NCBI GenBank assembly: GCA_963749075.1 | Contig: CAVVLJ010000016.1 | Location: forward strand, 288,001-352,000 | Source of the DNA: an uncultured Pseudomonadota bacterium | GTDB lineage: Bacteria > Pseudomonadota > Alphaproteobacteria > JACZXZ01 | Reading direction: 5' to 3' | Length of the DNA stretch: 64,000 nucleotides | Shown: piece by piece, positions 40,920 through 51,173 of the stretch | How the letters are laid out: every line of letters starts with the position of its first letter | How positions within the stretch are numbered: the stretch's first letter is position 1 | Notes under the pieces: model-generated | What the model saw: the letters and a program-made list of their open reading frames with translations, nothing else | What the model was told of the DNA's origin: nothing | Databases searched by the model: none | Position numbers and translations under genes: made by a program

Positions 40920-41783
40920 TCAACGCCAACCCACGCGCTGGAAGAAGGCCGCGATCTCGGCTGCGGCGCGATCGGGATTTTCGCGATGGGGAAAGTGCCC
41001 GACGCCCGGAAAGAGCGCGAGGTCGAGATCGCTAAAACTCGCGCCAAGCCGGTCGGTCCAGTCGTACGGAAACAGCGGATCGTGCTCGGGCCACCGCAAG
41101 CAAGTTGGCACCGTGATCGCGGGGAGGAGAGGGGCCTCGCCCTTCATCATGCGGATCCGGGCGGCATGGGCGGCGCGATAATAGGCAAAGCCGCCGGCGA
41201 GATTGCCGGGCTTCAGGAAATTGTCGGTGAAGGCCTCGATCACATCGTCGAACGCCTCCTTGCGGTGCGACCAATGGCGTAGGAAGTGCGCGATGAATGT
41301 GCGGCAGCTGTCGCGCGTTGCGCCGACCAGGCGCGGCGCCATCTCCATCTGGTTGAAGGACTGGTACCAGATCTCGTTGAGCCGGTCGGGCGCCGCCATC
41401 CGGGGGCCGATGCCGGGATAGACGAAGTCGAAGAAAAACAGCCCGGCGAGCCGCTCCGGCGCCGTCCGCGCCAGCGGCTGCATCGCCGCGCCGCCGACGT
41501 CGTGGCCAATGACGCCGACCCGCGCAACGCCGAGCGCGTCGAGCAGCGCCAGCATGTCGGCGGCATGGTCCGCGGGGCCGAACGGACCCGCGGGCTTGGC
41601 GCTGTCCCCGAAGCCGCGCAGGTCCGGGGCGATCAGCGTGTAGCGATCGGCGAGCCGCTTCATGACCGGCTCCCAGGCGAGCCAGAACTCCGGCCAGCCG
41701 TGCAGTAGCAGCAACGGCTGCCCCGCGCCGGTCCGCGCGACATGGAAGCTCGCGCCGTTCGCCTCAACCGTCAGATGTTCCAT
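40920..41783 (-). CDS. Alpha/beta hydrolase (epoxide hydrolase/haloacetate dehalogenase-like)
   Basis: LLHGWPE, PDLRGFGDS, GHDVGG, GHFPHRE. Confidence 0.9.
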   Translation of the reverse strand: MEHLTVEANGASFHVARTGAGQPLLLLHGWPEFWLAWEPVMKRLADRYTLIAPDLRGFGDSAKPAGPFGPADHAADMLALLDALGVARVGVIGHDVGGAAMQPLARTAPERLAGLFFFDFVYPGIGPRMAAPDRLNEIWYQSFNQMEMAPRLVGATRDSCRTFIAHFLRHWSHRKEAFDDVIEAFTDNFLKPGNLAGGFAYYRAAHAARIRMMKGEAPLLPAITVPTCLRWPEHDPLFPYDWTDRLGASFSDLDLALFPGVGHFPHRENPDRAAAEIAAFFQRVGWR

Positions 41784-41810
41784 GGGGTTCGATCCCATTT
41801 GATGTCTCCA

Positions 41811-41878
41811 GCAATCTTGATCAGCTTCTCCCTGAGCGTCGTCATCGACCAGTCCTTGAGCGGCTCGGACGTCGCCAG
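41811..41878 (-). pseudogene. Short remnant of an IS1380-type transposase
   Basis: LATSEPLKDWSMTTLREKLIKI resembles the IS1380 transposase C-terminal motif as recalled. Confidence 0.55.
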
Positions 41879-41969
41879 CCCGTCGTACACTTTATCGGCA
41901 TCGGAGAGCGTTTCGATCGATCCCGGCGCGCGCTGAACTCGACTTCCACGCCTGTCCACCACAGCCAGA

Positions 41970-42791
41970 CTAGGTCTCGAGCAGCTTCCCCACCTCCGCC
42001 CAGCCGATCGTCTCGCGCATCCACGCAAAAGAGCCGTGCTCCTGCATGGCGCGGCTGGCCTTGACGAAGGTCGCAAGCACGTGCCGGGCGAGTGCGCCCC
42101 CCACGCTGATGCGTTTCGCGCCGGCCTCGCTTAGCTGAGACAAAGTGATGTCCGGATCGAGCCACCCCGTCACCACGTTGACCGGCAGTTTCACCGCGCG
42201 CACGACCTCGCGCACTTCTGGAATGTTCCGCAACCCGGGCGCGTAGACAACATCGGCGCCAGCTGCCTCATAAGCTTGTAGCCGCCGGATCATATCCGCC
42301 CTGTCCATCCGGCCGCGGATCAAATTCTCTGCCCGCGCCGTGAGCACGATCGGCACGGGCAGAGCACGTGCGACCTTGACCGCGGCGCGTACCCGGGCGA
42401 CCGAAAGATCGAAATCGTAAATCGGTTCCTTTGGGTCGCCGGTGAAATCCTCGATCGAGGCACCGACTGCGCCGGCCTCGGCGGCAAGGCGGATCGCCTC
42501 GGCCGCCGCCTCGGGCTCATGCGCGAAGCAATTCTCGAGATCGGCGTTGATCGGGAGATCGGTTGCATCCGCGATGATCCGACAATTCTCGATAACCTCG
42601 GCGCGGCTGACGCGGCCGTCGGCGCGGCCGAGCATCTGGGCAAGGCCCGAGCTGGTGGTCGCGAGCGCCTCGAAACCCATGCCGGCCAGCAATTTCGCGG
42701 TGCCGACTTCCCATGGATTGGGGATGATGAAGGCGCCGGGTCGCTCGTGGATCGCGCGGAATGCCTGAGCTTTCTCTGCTTGGGTGCGCAT
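41970..42791 (-). CDS. Isocitrate lyase/PEP mutase family protein
   Basis: IPNPW, ALATTS, INADLEN, SIED, AGADVVYAPG. Confidence 0.9.
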   Translation of the reverse strand: MRTQAEKAQAFRAIHERPGAFIIPNPWEVGTAKLLAGMGFEALATTSSGLAQMLGRADGRVSRAEVIENCRIIADATDLPINADLENCFAHEPEAAAEAIRLAAEAGAVGASIEDFTGDPKEPIYDFDLSVARVRAAVKVARALPVPIVLTARAENLIRGRMDRADMIRRLQAYEAAGADVVYAPGLRNIPEVREVVRAVKLPVNVVTGWLDPDITLSQLSEAGAKRISVGGALARHVLATFVKASRAMQEHGSFAWMRETIGWAEVGKLLET

Positions 42792-42899
42792 TTCCATCTC
42801 TCCTTTGTCCGGCGACATCGAGCTCGTGGGGAATCTCGGATTGGCGCAATCGATTGTCCAATGCATAATGTCTCTAGAGGCCATCAGGAATCCTGATCG

Positions 42900-43847
42900 A
42901 TGGAAATCGACGAGATCCAAACCTTCCTCACGATCGCCGAGCTCGGCGGCTTCACCCGCGCGGCGCAGCGGCTGCACCGCTCGCAGCCCGCGATCAGCCG
43001 TCGCCTGAGCATTCTCGAGCAAGAGCTCGGCGCGCCCTTGTTCGAGCGCCTGCGCGGCCGGGCGCGGCTGACCGAGGCCGGCCGCGCCTTTCTGCCCCAT
43101 GCCGAAGCGGCGTTGGCGTCTCTCAGGGATGGGCGCGATGCAGTGCACGGTCTGCAGTCGCGTATCGAGGGCACGGTCTCAGTCGCCCTCGTCGGCACGC
43201 TCGCCGACACGCACATCATCGAAGCGCTGCGCCGGTTCGCGGCCCAGTCCAAGAATATCCGGCTCGTGCTCCGCACGGCCTCGAGCCGAGAGGTGAGCGA
43301 TCTGGTGCGACGCGGCGAGGCGACCCTGGGCCTGCGCTACAACGCCAGCGAGCGGCCGGAGCTGGTCTCGTTGGATGCCGGGAGCGAGACGATGCTGGTG
43401 GTCGCGGCGCCCGGACATCGTCTGGTCGGCCGCCGGATCCGCGAGGCACGGCTATTGGCCGGCGAGCGCTGGGTCGGCTTTCCGTCGACCCCCGGCGAAC
43501 GGGGCACCGCTCAAACCCTGGAACGCCAACTGATCCGGGCCGGCCTCGAGGGTGCCGAAGTCACCCTGATCGACAGCCTGACCGCCCAGAAGCGTCTGGC
43601 ACAGGCAGGCTTCGGTCTGGCGCTGGTGCCGGAGAGCAGCGTGCGCGACGAGCTGCGGCAAGGTTCGCTGGTGGCGCTCGACATCCCGCCCATGCGAACC
43701 ACGATCCCGATCACCGCCCTTTACCGACGCGCCGGCTATCTCAGCGCGGCCGCCAAAGCCCTCCTATCGCTGCTGACGGGCGGCGCGACCCCGACGCCGA
43801 AAGCGCGCAAATCTTCGGTGACTAGACCAGTGCTCAATTCGAGGTAA
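42900..43847 (+). CDS. LysR family transcriptional regulator
   Basis: FTRAAQRLHRSQPAISRRL. Confidence 0.93.
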   Translation: MEIDEIQTFLTIAELGGFTRAAQRLHRSQPAISRRLSILEQELGAPLFERLRGRARLTEAGRAFLPHAEAALASLRDGRDAVHGLQSRIEGTVSVALVGTLADTHIIEALRRFAAQSKNIRLVLRTASSREVSDLVRRGEATLGLRYNASERPELVSLDAGSETMLVVAAPGHRLVGRRIREARLLAGERWVGFPSTPGERGTAQTLERQLIRAGLEGAEVTLIDSLTAQKRLAQAGFGLALVPESSVRDELRQGSLVALDIPPMRTTIPITALYRRAGYLSAAAKALLSLLTGGATPTPKARKSSVTRPVLNSR

Positions 43848-44179
43848 TCCCAATTGGCACTTCTCGGCTTCATCGAGCGGATAGGCCGCGAGATCGGGCC
43901 GCTGCATCGACCAGGAACCCTTCGGCTGCCTTCTAACCTCGATGCGGCAGCCGCAGTATCCGGCTTCCACACCCATACCGCATCCCGCCGAATGACGCCT
44001 CTCGAGGCTAGACTATGCTGACGAGGTGATTGAGTAAGGCAATCTATGTCTGGAATTGGCACCTTGCGGCGGTGCCGGCAGCGTGCGGACGCGTCCGGAG
44101 CTGAAGGAATAGCTGCTGCGCCACCGACGTGGTGCGATGGCTCAGGACGGCACATCCCCGAAGCCCCGCCTGCCACGAG

Positions 44180-44554
44180 CAACGGCCCATTACCGATCTC
44201 AATAATCCCGTAGTTCGGTGGGTAAATCCGAGGACCGTTCACCCGTTCTATGGAGATGGCGGATTCCTTAACAAAACGGCAGAGGTATCGTTTCCATTGA
44301 CGCCCAAGCTGTTGCTCATCATGGCGTGGAAAGATGTGTTCGCCGCTGGAGCACTTGATCGAGACCCCGTCGAGCAAGTCAATAGGGCACGGGCGGCCCA
44401 TTCGGATCGGTACCTATATGCCCATCTACATGATAAAAGGCTGGTGAAGTTGGCAGCGGAGTTCAAAAATATGCGGCCCGGGATGACCAGTGAAGGGTTC
44501 GGCCCCCGGAAATTCGCTGCTGTAAAGGTGGTGCGCCGCATTCGGCAGAAATAA
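44180..44554 (+). pseudogene. C-terminal fragment of a DUF4238-like protein
   Basis: (T)D.NPVV...EVSFPLTPKLLL...VEQVNR...DRYLY; no convincing start; AT-richer than neighbours. Confidence 0.5.
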
Positions 44555-44575
44555 AGGGCGGCCCAATTTCCTACT

Positions 44576-44633
44576 TGCACAAAAACCCGTCTCCCTGCAC
44601 AAAAACTCAGAGATATTCAGAGGTTTGTGTGCA
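44576..44633. repeat. Candidate mobile-element end with 20-bp-spaced repeats and an inverted copy
   Basis: TGCACAAAAAC at 44576 and 44596; inverted GTTTGTGTGCA at 44623-44633. Confidence 0.55.
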
Positions 44634-44672
44634 CCGCCCCATGAGGGGGAGGGATGGGGTGGGGGGTACCCC
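44634..44672. repeat. Half REP-like element
   Basis: CCGCCCCATGAGGGGGAGGGATGGGGTGGGGGGT resembles the right half of the 52629 element. Confidence 0.55.
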
Positions 44673-44699
44673 ATGCTTCAACGAAAGTGAGTGCTGGCC

Positions 44700-46493
44700 A
44701 TGGCGACCTACAAGGCCCCGCTGCGCGACATGCGCTTCGTGCTCGAGGAGCTGCTCGGCTCAGGCGAGCTCGCGAAACTGCCCGGCTATGGCGAGGCCAC
44801 GGCCAACGTGGTCGAGGCCATCCTCGAGGAGGCCGCCAAGCTCTGCGAGAACGAGCTCCTGCCGCTCAACCGAACCGGCGACGAGGAGGGCTGCCATTAC
44901 GAGAACGGCGTGGTGCGCACGCCCAAGGGCTTCAAGGAGGCCTACAAGCTCTTCACGGAGGCCGGCTGGACGGCGCTCTCCTGCGCCCCCGAATACGGCG
45001 GCCAGGGTCTGCCCAAGGTGGTGAGCCTCGCCGTCGAGGAGATGATCTGCTCGGCCAATCTCTCCTTCGGCATGTATCCCGGCTTGAGCCTCGGCGCCTA
45101 CAACGCGATCGAGGTCCATGCCTCTGAGGCGCTCAAGACGCTCTATCTCCCCAAGCTCGCCGCCGGCACCTGGGCCGGCACCATGTGCCTGACCGAGCCC
45201 CAATGCGGCACCGACTTGGGCCTCGTGCGCACGCGCGCCGAGCCCGACGGCGACGGCGCCTACAAGATCACCGGCACCAAGATCTTCATCTCGGCCGGCG
45301 AGCACGACCTTGCCGAGAACATCATCCATCTCGTGCTGGCGCGCCTCCCGGATGCGCCGACGGGAACGCGCGGCATCACCCTCTTCCTGGTGCCCAAGTT
45401 CCTCCCCGATGCCGCGGGCGGGCCGGGTGTGCAGAACGGCGTGCGCTGCGGCTCGATCGAGCACAAGATGGGGATCAAGGCCTCGTCAACTTGCGTGATG
45501 AACTTCGACGCGGCGAAGGGCTGGCTCGTCGGCCGGCCGAACGAGGGCATGCGCGCCATGTTCGTGATGATGAACGAGGCGCGCCTGGGCGTCGGCATCC
45601 AGGGCCTGGGGCTCGCCGAGACCGCCTACCAGAGTGCCGCCGCCTACGCCAAGGAGCGCCTCGCCGGCCGCTCGCTCGCCGGTGCCAAGCGCCCCGACCA
45701 GCCGGCCGATCCCATCATCGTGCATCCCGACGTACGGCGCATGCTGCTCACCATGCGCGCGCAAGTCCAGGCGGCGCGGGCGCTCGCCTATTGGGTCGGC
45801 ATCGAGAGCGACAAGGCGAGGAAGCATCCCGATCCCGCCGCGCGCGAGGCGGCGGACGATCTCGTGGCGCTCATGACGCCCGTCATCAAGGCCGCCTTCA
45901 CCGACCTGGGCTTCGAGGCGGCCAACCTCGCGGTGCAGACCTACGGCGGGCACGGCTACATCCGCGAGAACGGCGTCGAGCAGCTGGTGCGCGACGCGCG
46001 CATCACCCAGCTCTACGAGGGCGCCAACGGCATCCAGGCGCTCGACCTCGTCGGGCGCAAGCTCGGCCAGCACGTGGGCCGCCTCTTGCGCCGCTTCTTC
46101 CACCCCGCACTCGCCTTCGTCGAGGCGCACCAGGCGGATTCGGCGATGGCCGAGTTCATACTACCATTCGCCAAGGCGCTCGGCCGCCTGCAGCAGGCGA
46201 CCGCCTGGCTCGCGGAGCAGGGCTTGCGCGACCCCGAGGAGGCGGGTGCCGCGGCCTCGGACTATCTCAAGCTCATGGCGCTCACCGCCTTCGGCTACAT
46301 GTGGTGCCGCATGGCCGAGGTGGCGCTCGCCAAGCGCACCGATGACGCCGCTCGCGACAAGGAGTTCTACGAGGCCAAGCTCGCCACCGCGCGCTTCTTC
46401 ATGGCGCGCCTGTTGCCCCAGACCGGGACGCTCTTCGCCACCCTCATGGCCGGGAAGAAACCGCTCATGGCGCTCGCCGAGGCGGCGTTCTGA
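44700..46493 (+). CDS. Acyl-CoA dehydrogenase (long, DmdC-like type)
   Basis: YKAPLRDMRF, TMCLTEPQCGTDL, IEHKMGI, QLYEGANGIQALDL. Confidence 0.93.
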   Translation: MATYKAPLRDMRFVLEELLGSGELAKLPGYGEATANVVEAILEEAAKLCENELLPLNRTGDEEGCHYENGVVRTPKGFKEAYKLFTEAGWTALSCAPEYGGQGLPKVVSLAVEEMICSANLSFGMYPGLSLGAYNAIEVHASEALKTLYLPKLAAGTWAGTMCLTEPQCGTDLGLVRTRAEPDGDGAYKITGTKIFISAGEHDLAENIIHLVLARLPDAPTGTRGITLFLVPKFLPDAAGGPGVQNGVRCGSIEHKMGIKASSTCVMNFDAAKGWLVGRPNEGMRAMFVMMNEARLGVGIQGLGLAETAYQSAAAYAKERLAGRSLAGAKRPDQPADPIIVHPDVRRMLLTMRAQVQAARALAYWVGIESDKARKHPDPAAREAADDLVALMTPVIKAAFTDLGFEAANLAVQTYGGHGYIRENGVEQLVRDARITQLYEGANGIQALDLVGRKLGQHVGRLLRRFFHPALAFVEAHQADSAMAEFILPFAKALGRLQQATAWLAEQGLRDPEEAGAAASDYLKLMALTAFGYMWCRMAEVALAKRTDDAARDKEFYEAKLATARFFMARLLPQTGTLFATLMAGKKPLMALAEAAF

Positions 46494-46584
46494 GGGGGCG
46501 GCCGCTCGTGCGGCCCGCCATTGCCTAAGCCCCGGCCCGCCTTTATCGTGGCGCGCGCGGAAGTGCGGGCAATGGAGGTGGGGG

Positions 46585-47202
46585 ATGGCAGAGCCCAGGC
46601 GGCTCATCGTGGGCTTGAGTGGTGCTTCCGGCGTCATCTACGGCGTGCGCGCGCTCGAGCTCTTGAAGGGCAGCGGGGTCGAGACCCATCTCGTCATGTC
46701 GCGCTCGGCCGAGGTCACGCTCGCCTACGAGACCCGCCTCAAGGTCAAGGAGGTGCAGGCCTTGGCCGACGTGGTGCATCCCATCCACGACATCGGCGCC
46801 GCGATCTCGAGCGGCTCGTACCGCACGCTCGGCATGCTCGTGGCACCCTGCTCGATCCGCACGCTCTCCGAGATCGCGACCGGCGTCACCTCGACCCTCC
46901 TCACGCGTGCCGCCGACGTGGCGCTCAAGGAGCGCCGCCGCCTCGTCCTCATGCTGCGCGAGACGCCGCTCCACACCGGGCACTTGCGGACCATGACCGC
47001 GGCCTCCGAGATGGGGGCGATCCTGGCGCCGCCCATTCCGGCCTTCTACTTCGGGCCCGAGACGGTCGACGACATCGTCAACCAGTCGGTCGGCCGCGCC
47101 CTCGACCTTTTCGGCATCGACCTCGGCATCGTCAAGCGCTGGGGCGAGGGGGGGAGCGGCGAGGCGAGGCAGCGCAACCCCGCCCGGCGCCGCTCGCGCT
47201 GA
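46585..47202 (+). CDS. ubiX: UbiX family flavin prenyltransferase
   Basis: GLSGASG, ISSGS, APCS, TRAADVALKERR, RETP, PAFY. Confidence 0.93.
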   Translation: MAEPRRLIVGLSGASGVIYGVRALELLKGSGVETHLVMSRSAEVTLAYETRLKVKEVQALADVVHPIHDIGAAISSGSYRTLGMLVAPCSIRTLSEIATGVTSTLLTRAADVALKERRRLVLMLRETPLHTGHLRTMTAASEMGAILAPPIPAFYFGPETVDDIVNQSVGRALDLFGIDLGIVKRWGEGGSGEARQRNPARRRSR

Positions 47203-47334
47203 GGCTCCGCCGCCCGGCCGAAATTTGGTGGACCCTCTTGCCGGGTCTGGTAGAATGCCTCGTTGATTTCGCTGCTGGAGACTCGTGACGGTTGTCACTT
47301 CTCAGCGCAGCAACTGCCACTAATATCCGCCGCC

Positions 47335-47967
47335 ATGCTGAACCGCCGAACGCTCCTCATCGCCGCCTGTTGTGCCGCATGGTGGCCCGCGTTGGTCTCG
47401 CGCGGCGCCCGCGCGGGCGATCTGCCGGAGGAGGCCTCCCGCTTCGTCGCCCAGGTCGCCGAACAGGCCATCGGCGTCGTCAAGCGCAAATCGCTCAGCA
47501 GGGAAGAGCGCATCAAGGCCCTCAACGACATTCTTCTGCAGAATTTCGACGTGCCCGCGATGGCGCTCTTTGCCCTCGGCACCTATGCGGGCCGGGCCTT
47601 GGCCGAGCAGCGCGACGCCTATATCGACGCGTTCAAGTCCTATGTCATCGAGCATTACTTCGCGCGCCTCGACCAGATCGGCGACGTCTTCACCATCGGC
47701 AAGGCGGCGCCCGACGGCGAGAATGTCGCCTGGGTGCAGAGCTGGGTCGGCGGCGCGAACGACAGCAATCCCTTCAGGGTGGAGTGGCGGGTACGCCGGG
47801 AGGACGGCGCGCTCAAGATCTTCGACGTCATCGTCCAGGGCTCGAGCCTGATGTGGATCCAGCGCACCGACTTCGCCACGGTGCTCCAGCGCAACAACGG
47901 CAGCATCGCGCGCTTGACCGAGCTCATGCGCAAGCAGAAGGTCGTTAGCGACACGCCGAACGGCTAG
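47335..47967 (+). CDS. MlaC/Ttg2D-like periplasmic lipid-binding protein
   Basis: NRRTLL leader; FDVPAMA.FALG; VEWRV...KIFDVIVQGSSL...QRTDF. Confidence 0.8.
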   Translation: MLNRRTLLIAACCAAWWPALVSRGARAGDLPEEASRFVAQVAEQAIGVVKRKSLSREERIKALNDILLQNFDVPAMALFALGTYAGRALAEQRDAYIDAFKSYVIEHYFARLDQIGDVFTIGKAAPDGENVAWVQSWVGGANDSNPFRVEWRVRREDGALKIFDVIVQGSSLMWIQRTDFATVLQRNNGSIARLTELMRKQKVVSDTPNG

Positions 47968-48085
47968 GGCGCCTCGGCCTCCGCCCTTGCATTCCCATTG
48001 CCAATCGCCCGGCGAAAGCGGAAGACTCGGCGCGCGTGGCGCCGGTGCCGGCTGCCGGTCGGCCTGGCGGGGAGCGGAGGGGCGC

Positions 48086-49534
48086 ATGGCTCACGGCCAC
48101 ATCGGCGATCTCGCGGCGATCATCGCGGACCTCGACGCGCACGGCCGGCTCGTGCGCATCCGCTCCGAGGTCGCCCTCGAGCACGATCTCGCAGGTCTTG
48201 CCGCCAAGCTCGAGGGGGGCCCGCGCGCGGTGCTCTTCGAGCGCGTCAAGGGCCACACGGTGCCGGTCTTCACCGGGCTCTACTGGTCGCGCGAGCTCCT
48301 CGCCCAGCTCATGCGCCGTCCGGAGCGCACGCTCCCCCAATATGTCTCGGACTGCATCAAGGCCTGGCAGATGCGGCCGCGGCCGCCGGTCATGGTGGCG
48401 GGCGGCCCGGTCCTCGAGGTGACGGAGCGCCAAGTCGATCTCGCGCGCATGCCGGTGCCGATCCATGCCGTCGGGGACGGCGGCCCCTATTTCGATGCCG
48501 GCGTCGTCATCGCCATCGACCCCGAGAACGGCGTGCGCAACGCCTCGATCCAGCGCTTCATGGTGGAGAACCGCAACACGCTCCACGTCAACATCGACGC
48601 GGGCCGCCACCTCGAGCTCTATCTCAACAAGGCGGCAGCGCTCGGGAAGTCCTTGCCCTTCTCGCTCAATATCGGGGTCGGTCCCGGCCTCCACTTCGCA
48701 GCAGCTACGCCCGCCGAGGCGGCACCCGCCGACACCGACGAGCTCGGCATCGCGAGCGAGTTCCACGATGCACCCCTCGAGCTCGTGAGCGGCAAGGTGC
48801 TGCCCGTGCACATGGTGGCGAACGCCATGTACGCGCTCGAATGCGAGATGATCCCGGGCGAGCTCGCCCCCGAGGGGCCGTTCGCCGAGGTGACCAACTA
48901 TTACGCCAAGCGGGCACCGCGCCCGGTCGTGCACGTGCGCGCCATCCATCGCCGCGCGAACCCGGTATTCCACACCATCCTCTCGGGCGTCGAGGTGTGG
49001 AACTCGGTCGGCCTCTTGGGCGAGGCCAACGTGCTCGCCCTCCTCCAGCGCCAGGTGCCCGGCGTGCGCGACGTCTACTTCAGCCACGGCGGCTGCGGCT
49101 TCTACCACGCCGTCGTGCAACTCCAGCAGAAGCGCGCCGGCTGGTCGAAGCAGGCGATCATGGCCGCCTTTGCCGCCTTCCCGCCGCTCAAGATGGTGAC
49201 CGTGGTCGACGACGACGTGGACATCAGGAGCGCGAGCGACGTGGAGTGGGCGATGGCGACGCGGCTCGATGCCGAGCACGGCATCCTCCGCATCGGCCAG
49301 GTCTTCGGCCACGGGCTCAACCCGAGCTTCCCCGACTACATCGGCACCAAGGTCGGCTTCGATTGCTGCCGCCCTTATCCGCACACGTCGGATTACGACC
49401 GCGCCTCCTACAAGGCGATGACGCTCGCGGGCGTCGACATGGCGGTGCCGGAGATCAGCAAGCCCGAAGCACCCGCGAAGAAGAAGAAAGCGCGCGCCTC
49501 GGGCCGGCTCGCACCCGGCGGCAGCGCGATGTAG
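48086..49534 (+). CDS. UbiD family prFMN-dependent decarboxylase
   Basis: AVLFERVKG, NASIQR, EGPFAE, VVDDDVD...VEWAMATR. Confidence 0.9.
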   Translation: MAHGHIGDLAAIIADLDAHGRLVRIRSEVALEHDLAGLAAKLEGGPRAVLFERVKGHTVPVFTGLYWSRELLAQLMRRPERTLPQYVSDCIKAWQMRPRPPVMVAGGPVLEVTERQVDLARMPVPIHAVGDGGPYFDAGVVIAIDPENGVRNASIQRFMVENRNTLHVNIDAGRHLELYLNKAAALGKSLPFSLNIGVGPGLHFAAATPAEAAPADTDELGIASEFHDAPLELVSGKVLPVHMVANAMYALECEMIPGELAPEGPFAEVTNYYAKRAPRPVVHVRAIHRRANPVFHTILSGVEVWNSVGLLGEANVLALLQRQVPGVRDVYFSHGGCGFYHAVVQLQQKRAGWSKQAIMAAFAAFPPLKMVTVVDDDVDIRSASDVEWAMATRLDAEHGILRIGQVFGHGLNPSFPDYIGTKVGFDCCRPYPHTSDYDRASYKAMTLAGVDMAVPEISKPEAPAKKKKARASGRLAPGGSAM

Positions 49535-49552
49535 GGCGGAGGGCGGAGCGGT

Positions 49553-49640
49553 CCCTCACCCGGCTCGCTGCGCTCGCCACCCTCTCCCGCAAGCGGGAGA
49601 GGGAAGGGGCCCATCGCGCAAGCGATGGGAAGGGTGAGGG
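49553..49640. repeat. REP-like palindrome between convergent genes
   Basis: CCCTCACCC...CCCTCTCCCGCAAGCGGGAGAGGG...GGGTGAGGG. Confidence 0.75.
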
Positions 49641-49656
49641 ACAGCTGCGCCGCCGC

Positions 49657-51024
49657 CTACTCCGCCGCCACCTTTGGCAATGCCGCGAGCGAACTGGTGA
49701 GTTCCGCGGCGTCGTAGTCGCGGTCCTCGAGCTTGCCGGCGAAGTAATCGATATAGGCCTGCATGTCGAAATGGCCGTGGCCGCAGAGGTTGAAGAGGAT
49801 GGCGCGCGCGGTGCCCTCCTCCTTGCAGACGAGCGCCTCGTCGATCGCCGCCTTGACCGCGTGGTTGGCCTCGGGCGCCGGCAGGATGCCCTCCGTGCGC
49901 GCGAACTTGACGCCCGCGTCGAAGCAGGGCGTCTGGTGGTAGGCGCGCGATTCGATGAGGCCGAGCTCCTGGATCAGGCTCACGAGCGGCGCCATGCCGT
50001 GATAGCGCAAGCCGCCCGCGTGGAAGCCCGGCGGCACGAAGGCGGAGCCGAGGGTGTGCATCTTGACGAGCGGCGTGAGGTGTCCGGTGTCGCCGAAGTC
50101 GTAGGCGTATCTGCCGCGCGTGAGCGTCGGGCAGGCCGAGGGCTCGACGGCGATGACGCGCACCTTCCTGCCGCCGCGCAGCTGGGCGCCCAGGAAGGGG
50201 AAGGCGATGCCTGCGAAATTGCTGCCGCCGCCCGTGCAGCCGATGACGATGTCGGGATAGTCGTCCGCCGTCTCGAGCTGGGCCAAGGCCTCCTGGCCGA
50301 TCACGGTCTGGTGCAGGAGCACGTGGTTGAGCACGCTGCCGAGGGCGTATTTGGTGTCGCCGTGCTGGGCCGCCACCTCGACCGCCTCGCTGATGGCCAT
50401 GCCTAAGCTCCCGGTCGAATCCGGGTGCGCCGCGAGGATCTGCCGCCCGGCCGCGGTCTCGGCGCTCGGGCTCGCCACGCATTCGGCACCCCAGGCCTCC
50501 ATCAGCGCCTTGCGGTAGGGCTTCTGCTGGAAGCTCACCTTGACCATGAAGACCTTGACCTCGAGGCCGAAGAGGGCGCCGGCGAAGGCCAGCGCCGAGC
50601 CCCATTGCCCGGCACCGGTCTCGGTCACGAGGCGCGCGACACCGGCCTCCTTGTTGTAGAAGGCCTGGGCGACCGCGGTGTTGGGCTTGTGGCTGCCGGC
50701 CGGGCTGACGCCCTCGTACTTGTAATAGATGCGCGCCGGCGTGCCCAAGGCCGCCTCGAGGCGCCGCGCGCGGAAGAGCGGCGTGGGCCGCCACTGGCGG
50801 TAGATGTCGCGCACCGGCTCGGGGATTTCGATTGCGCGCTCGGCCGAGACCTCCTGCTGGATGAGGGCCATGGGGAAGAGCGGCTCGAGATCGGCGGGCC
50901 CGATCGGCTTCAGCGTGCCCGGGTGGAGCGGCGGTTCGGGCGGCCGCGGCAGGTCGGCCAAGATGTTGTACCAGGCCTTGGGAATGCGCTGCTCGTCGAG
51001 CACGTATTTCACGGTTGCGGACAT
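49657..51024 (-). CDS. trpB: TrpB-like PLP enzyme (TrpB2, stand-alone tryptophan synthase beta)
   Basis: [48 protein letters not shown]. Confidence 0.93.
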   Translation of the reverse strand: MSATVKYVLDEQRIPKAWYNILADLPRPPEPPLHPGTLKPIGPADLEPLFPMALIQQEVSAERAIEIPEPVRDIYRQWRPTPLFRARRLEAALGTPARIYYKYEGVSPAGSHKPNTAVAQAFYNKEAGVARLVTETGAGQWGSALAFAGALFGLEVKVFMVKVSFQQKPYRKALMEAWGAECVASPSAETAAGRQILAAHPDSTGSLGMAISEAVEVAAQHGDTKYALGSVLNHVLLHQTVIGQEALAQLETADDYPDIVIGCTGGGSNFAGIAFPFLGAQLRGGRKVRVIAVEPSACPTLTRGRYAYDFGDTGHLTPLVKMHTLGSAFVPPGFHAGGLRYHGMAPLVSLIQELGLIESRAYHQTPCFDAGVKFARTEGILPAPEANHAVKAAIDEALVCKEEGTARAILFNLCGHGHFDMQAYIDYFAGKLEDRDYDAAELTSSLAALPKVAAE

Positions 51025-51173
51025 CGCAAGCCCTCCCAGAAGCCCCGGTGCGGGGCGGGGATTTTAGGGGTATCTCTTTGTGGCGGCAACGGAAATGGCG
51101 CCCGCGCCGATTGCGCTAGTGCGCCGCTTCGGCTAGTTTGAAGCCGCTCATGCGCGCAATCCCGGGCCCCATC

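Noticed and set aside
39577-40929. 450-aa ORF spanning the GST and membrane segment
   Set aside because: The N-terminal part is an off-frame overlap of the GST; only the hydrophobic part from 40077 looks coding
51085-51120. Possible sigma54 promoter or Qrr-like sRNA upstream of the LuxO-like gene
   Set aside because: TGGCG...TTGC spacing is 4 nt too long for a -24/-12 promoter and no terminator-bounded sRNA is evident
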